64,000 bases of DNA from Octopus sinensis (taxonomy: Eukaryota). This document shows, piece by piece, positions 57,681 to 64,000 of the stretch. Position 1 is the stretch's first letter, and every line of letters starts with the position of its first letter. The stretch lies in the NCBI RefSeq assembly GCF_006345805.1, contig NC_043003.1, positions 44,268,001-44,332,000 on the forward strand. The letters are read 5' to 3'. The translations under genes and the position numbers were made by a program. The notes beneath the pieces are model-generated. The model was not told the origin of the DNA, did no database searches, and saw nothing but the letters and a program-made list of their open reading frames with translations.

Positions 57681-58258
57681 TCCTCAAAACATATGTTAAA
57701 GTAAATAGTAGCTCGTACATGAATAACAATGACAGTTAAGAAAAATGTGAGTTAAAATATTGTCAATACTAAGACTGCCACGTCTAGAGCTTACTAGTAA
57801 CAATAACTGTATTGATAAAAATTAAGCATTTAATAAAATTTCATTGAATCCAGCAGTTTGTCATGACAGTCTCCCCACCATTGTACTGAACGAGTGCAAA
57901 CTACAACTTCAATTTTTGATGCTTTGAAATATGTATCAAATATGTCAACAATGATCTACAGGAAAAAAAAAACATCAAGCATTGGATAGCTGGGTAGCTA
58001 CTGCCATAAATATGTAGTTTCTGAAAAACCGACCCAACATACAATAGATGTAGTTCCATCAACCAATTAATAGGTAATAGGTGTATCTTTAGATCTAGAT
58101 CTAATTCTATTTACTATGTACAGAACGAGCACTGCAAGTGTAATAAAACATACTGAAATAAAATATATTGTCATAGAGAAGTTCTAAGCTTCAAAATGTA
58201 ACCGAGAAATGATGCGTCCGAATGCAACTCCTATCTGCACAGCAATTCACCAACCACA

Positions 58259-58298
<40 letters not shown>

Positions 58299-59540
58299 TG
58301 TGTGTGTGTGTGTGTGCGTGTGTGTGTGTGTGCGTGCGTGTATGTGTATTGGTAAAAGAGGGAATATTTGAGCTCATATACTTTGGAAAGAAGGCAGATA
58401 TAAACAGCCATATCATCTCCCATTGAGAGAGAGAGAGAGAGGGAGAGAGAGGGAGAGAGAGATCTTTCTACCGTCAAATATGAGAGTCTAGATGAAGATA
58501 TGGAGAAGCAACTTAGTTGGAATGCACGCATCATTAGTATTATGTCCAATATGAACTGCAGAAATTGCCATTAAATCCTTATAATATTCCAATTTTTGGT
58601 ACCGTCCACCAACACTTCTGTACGTTTGTAGAGCCTCATCTTAGATACTGTTGGAGATTGTGTCTTCCCATGATACAAAAAAAAGCCTTGAGTGATTTGA
58701 AGAATCTGGGTGGTTGTTCAGTAAATAATTGTATAACGGTGTTATATTGTTTAGGTTGGTTTAAAATCTTCGAACTCTTTTTTACTCCAACACTTCCATG
58801 AGCATGATATTATTGGTATACAATATTGAAAATATTATACATAAAATATTCCGGCATCAAATGTCCAGATGACCAATCATATACTAAAATAGATCTCACA
58901 TAACATAATATCGACACAACAATTGTCACTTTATTCAAAATATTTTCGAGAACGTCCTTAAAGAAATTAAGTGATCTCTAAACATTTAATATGTACCCAC
59001 AGAAATTCTTCCAACTGGATACATTTAGGCAAATGATAATTTATTACTTGAGTGCGCTATGCTGTCCGAAATTCATGACGTGCATCACTATTTCATTTGG
59101 TGCTAGTAATTTATTAACTCCGCGTGCTAATAACGACCAAAACCTAAGTTATCTAAGTTTTAGAAATTTGTGTACATTTAGCTATAAAAGACAAGAACAT
59201 CAGTATTCAAAATTAATCTGGCGTAGCATAAGAAAAAAGGGAGAAAACGATAAAATATTCAGATTGTAGGATAGATCAGGTTCTAAAGATAGTAACAAAT
59301 ATTCAAAGAATTTGTAAAGAAACAAAAATGTCTATTTTTTTAATGACTGCTTGAATTTATTCATAAATTCATAAACACGCACAACGTTAATCATTTATGT
59401 TGATATGAAATATTTGAACAAATAATAATCGCAAATAATATCATACTTGATCATTTTTCTTTATTAAAGATGCTTATGATGACGCTCATACGTCGGCACT
59501 GACTAACAAGTAAAGAGTGTCATGTCTATGTAACAGCCAC

Positions 59541-61200
59541 TTAAAAAGATGAACCTTGGACAAAAGTACTTTTAGAAAGAGTGCATCTCAAAAGGTATCA
59601 GAAAATTAAACACAGTTGAGAAAACATGAGTGAAATGTCTTACAAGTTATGATTTATCTATCATTGCTCGAGGTTAAAAAAGAAAAAAAAACTACAATTA
59701 ATGTTTATGAAAAAAAAGCCGCTGGAACCGTGTCGTTATGAAAAACGGGAAAACAATTTGAACAAATTAATTGAAATAAATAAATGAAATACAACTGAAA
59801 ATGATGACTGCAACTTTCTCGACCACCTACCATGAAAAAGCCATTAACTACGTCAAAGTTAATCACGTTGTAGAAATTCTATGCAAAAGAAATCTGTACA
59901 TCAATATGGAGATTATGATCCTGATCTTTTTTTTTATGTTAATAAGTTTTGGACGAAGAAATGTAATTATTGTTACTTTTAAGATACGAAATTTCCCTAC
60001 TTTGAACAGTGTCAGCGAATTTTCTTCTAAAATGGTCGCACCGAATATTTGGCAGTACCTAGCCAAAATCTAATTTCGATGGAGATTTTTTGAAACTTTT
60101 TTGTTACTTTTGCAATGTGGGTAGGGACAACACTAAGTTGTAAAAAGAAAACATTAAATTTTTCCTCAGGAAATGACATATTCTTGTGAGTGTAGTCATC
60201 TGTCTCTAACAATTATCGATATTTCAGTGAAGTGGCCGACTGTTCACACTCCGAAATTCCGATGAAAATGCACGTCACTTCATGCTTCAAATTCATTCAT
60301 GCTTGACATGGTACATCCAGGGAAAATTATCTCGACAGTTCTTCGCTTAATCCGATGTTAATGGACATCCTTATAAATATTGAATTTTGTCTAATCAGCC
60401 CAGAAAACTTTCCTGTAGCCCATCTCATTCAAAGTAACTATACTTTGTCAAATAATCCTCTATGGCGTTAAAAATTTCCTTGCTTAATTCTTTTCCCTAA
60501 TTTTCTTAGTCGTGTACTGTATATCTTTTACGAGGCAACCTGTGTTTGATATACCCGATCACAATCTTCTTTTTCGCGATTCCTAAAACCTCTAAGCAAT
60601 TCGTGATTTATATTTCTCTCTCTTCAAAAACCTAAGTATTCCGGCCTTCTTCCATCTGTTTTCGTGGTACGTCTCGGCTTGACATATCTTTTCCTTTCTG
60701 TAGACAAAAAATTCTGTTTTTAGTAAGCTTAGAAATCGATTGTTTGTTATCGTTCAGTAGCTTGTGGATTTCAGATAATTTTGCGTGCGCTTCCTGAAAA
60801 AAGATAAATGGAATTTCTTTTTATTTGAAGAGATATTAAAAGAACATAAAACAAATAACAACTAAGCGTATTTACACGAAACATTTGATTCGAACATTAA
60901 AAGATATTTGGTATGTAAATTTTTAGCATCTTAAATTCGTGTTTTTGCAAATATTGGATTACACAGTTCAATAAAATATTACCAGAATTCATTAAGTTTT
61001 ATTCCATTTGTCTTACCTCCATCTAACGTCTGCAAATTCATTGCTAGGCTTGGAGTTACGGCTACAGCAAAGGTGAGGCGCTTAGATAGCTCTACGTAAA
61101 TAGGGTAGACCTCTCTGAGTTATTTAAATTTAAAAATATCCACAACATAACATGTCAAAGTAATAAAAAATTATTTGGCTCATTTTTATTTTGCTCGTCA
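59541..61200 (-). mobile_element. Degraded Tc1-type transposon
   Basis: RKRYVKPRRTTKTD; KVFWAD*TKFNI; IKRRTVE..PGCT; FLQLSVVPTHIAKVTKKF..W occur in Tc1 order. Weak inverted similarity between the ends. Confidence 0.55.
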
Positions 61201-61787
61201 ATTATGGCTCAAAAAAATACTAGAGAAGTGCCAGAATTTGGGGCAGTATACGAAGAAAGAAATTAATTCTTATAGGACCGAAAACTATAGCAAACAACAT
61301 GGCTTTAGCTCAGACACGGTAAAGAATAACAATTATCAAGCATAAAAATGTCGATGTAATCGAGAAAAGTTTTTATCAATCATGTGGAACTATACTCAGA
61401 ACACTGTATTACATCTGAGCAAATTTGATATAAAACATGTCATCATAACTTCGATCTTCTCCAAAGGTAGACTAGTACAGCGGCATAAAGAAGAATACTG
61501 TTAATTTTCTTGCAGTTAATAAGTCATAAAATAATTAAATTTCTTCTAGATACAACGAAATACAGGGGAATGAGTGGATATTGGAGGTGACAAATCCCCA
61601 AAGTATAATGCTGTAACGATATATGTGAAAGATCTTAGACAATATTCAGAAATATTCGGGGGTACTTGTGAAATAGTGGGGCGAAATCTGCTTCATCCCA
61701 AAATGTAGACTTATTATATACATACATAAATATATGGATATATATATACACGCACAGACACGCACACGCGCACACACATACATATAC

Positions 61788-61850
<63 letters not shown>

Positions 61851-62264
61851 ATATGGTGAGAGAGAGAGAGGAGAGGAAGAGAGAGAGGGAGAGCGAGAGC
61901 GAGAGAGTTTGAAGTGATGTACAGATATTGTATACTGAAAATAAAGTAGTCAGAATGTTGACTGATTATATATATATTTTCTTATTTATTTACGTCTTAT
62001 TTACATTTTTAACGCTTTCTTCTCTTATCGGATTTATCAACAAATGGTTCAAATTTAAAATTCTTGGCTTTTTATGAAGAATTATGTGGGGTAGGCCAAG
62101 CGAGGGGGAAGAAGGGTGAGGTAAAAAGACGTGGCTAAGAGAAAGGAAGTATTTGAACCATTTTTTGATAAATCTGATAACGGAAAAAAGCGCTGGAAAT
62201 GTAAATAAGATAAAATAAAATATATACATATATATAATGAGCTTCTGACTGCGCCTTTATTCTA

Positions 62265-62543
<279 letters not shown>

Positions 62544-62785
62544 ATAATGTGTCTTGAATGGCACAATAATGGACTATAATAACCGTTATAATTCGATCAT
62601 CCATAGTCTAATGCAATATTTCGGAGTACAAAATAATCCTTCTTCAGATAATTCTAGGGATAACTGAAGAAGGAACTTTTGTATTCCGAAATATTATATC
62701 AGAATATTGATAATTAAATTATAACAGTTAGTATAGTCTATTGTTGGATATATTGTGCCTTGTCGTGCCATTCAAGATACATTAT
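62544..62785. repeat. ~240-bp imperfect inverted repeat (foldback) with two hammerhead-like cores
   Basis: Paired arms: ATAATGTGTCTTGAATGGCAC with GTGCCATTCAAGATACATTAT; AATAATGGACTATAATAACCGTTATAATT with AATTATAACAGTTAGTATAGTCTATTGTT; AATATTTCGGAGTACAAAA..TCCTTCTTCAG with CTGAAGAAGGA..TTTTGTATTCCGAAATATT. The central loop is 16 nt. Confidence 0.9.
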
Positions 62786-62830
62786 ATTTTACAAACAATA
62801 CACAATGCTTCAAGCGAACTGCAATACTCA

Positions 62831-62870
<40 letters not shown>

Positions 62871-62896
62871 AGTTATGATAAAATAAGATATGATAA

Positions 62897-62930
<34 letters not shown>

Positions 62931-63259
62931 ACGTGTGTATCATATTCATTACTGAAGTTTATTGACCACAATATCTGTCAGGAATATATTCCTATAGAAT
63001 ATCGTATAGAATAATTTTATATAAAATTATCATAATACAGTTCCATACTTAAGAGATGCGGAATTATCGACATTATTTACACTTTCCACCTTATTTCATC
63101 TCCATAAGCTTTCGGTATCTTTATGGCTATCTCTTCAATAGGGGCTGTTATGTCCAAGTATGGAATACGCTTGATGGTTATCGCAAAGTTGCGACCTTTG
63201 TTCAGTACTGCTTTTCAGAGCTTTCTAGACGTCGGCTACTTACATTAATTACTGCTTTC

Positions 63260-64000
63260 ACAGTTGGGTGACGGCAGGTACTAAAAAAAGCAAAACCTCG
63301 TAAACCAAACACTACTAAGGGAAAAAAGTTCGATATATAAAAAACAGAGAGTGATAACTCCATCATAATACTCCCGGCAGACAAGGGAAATGGTACAGTG
63401 GTGATGAACAAGTCTGACTAACCGGAAAAGAATGGCAAGTCTTATAAATGATGGTAGCTACAGCAAAGAAAAGAAAGACCCAACACTTAAAACACAGTGG
63501 AAGTTGTCACAGATCTTGATGGAGAAAAAGGTTCACTTTACATCAATGAAGTACAGACAACTGCCTCAAAACTATAGTAAACTACCACACATGTACGGTC
63601 TCCCTAAGATTCGCAAAGATGGTATTGAACTTGCAGAAACGTTAGCACGCCGGGCGAAATGCGCAGCCGTATCTCGTCTGCCGTTACGCTCTGAGTTCAA
63701 ATTCTGCCGAGGTTGACTTTGCCTTTCATCCTTTCGGAGTCGATTAAATAAGTACCAGTTACACACTGGGGTCGATATAATCGACTTAATCCGTATGCCT
63801 GTCCTTGTTTGTTCTCTATGTGTTTAGCCCCTTGTGGGTAGTAAAGAAATAGGTATTCCATAATGACCTATAGTGGGCTGTAGAGGTTCATTTGTCATCC
63901 ACTGAGCTGCTTTCTTGTGGATATAATGAGTCCATTAGGAGGGAAGTCAACATCGTACGTAAGGGCATTGAATCCAACTAGATGTTGAGTCTAGATGTGA
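63260..64000 (+). mobile_element. Penelope-like RT N-terminal region, interrupted by a SINE and running off the window
   Basis: Reads VLKKAKPRKPNTTK..IIILPADKGNGTVVMNKSD; KDPT; PHMYGLPKIRKDGI, then [SINE], then P**PIVGCRGS. Confidence 0.9.
63627..63851 (+). mobile_element. SINE family B inserted in the PLE RT, with target-site duplication
   Basis: GCAGAAACGTTAGCACGCCGGGCGAAATG..GAGTTCAAATTC. GGTATT is duplicated at 63621-63626 and 63852-63857. Confidence 0.92.

Overview
This window is AT-rich eukaryotic genomic DNA made almost entirely of microsatellites and transposable-element relics. The (TA)n/(CA)n/(TAA)n density and the two recurring tRNA-headed SINE families point to a cephalopod, probably Octopus; this is inferred from recalled family sequences, not from a search. 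I find no confident host protein-coding gene, rRNA, true tRNA or CRISPR array, and most ORFs in the track are microsatellite artefacts. Recognisable elements are CR1-type, RTE-type and L1/Tx1-like LINE fragments, two R4/Dong-type RLE retrotransposons, two Ty3/Gypsy fragments, several Penelope-like (PLE) pieces, a Helitron RepHel relic, Tc1/mariner and hAT relics and MITEs, and many SINEs. Four observations stand out. (1) Two different Dong-type elements are stacked in one (TAA)n array that appears to be an expanded SINE tail. (2) A ~240-bp foldback embedded in (TA)n carries a PLE-type hammerhead core on each strand. (3) A Gypsy leader has a triplicated tRNA-Ser primer-binding site in hairpin-forming 41-bp units. 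(4) A covarying 3' stem-loop is shared by the CR1 LINEs and one SINE family. All translations were done by eye, and the boundaries of degraded elements are approximate.
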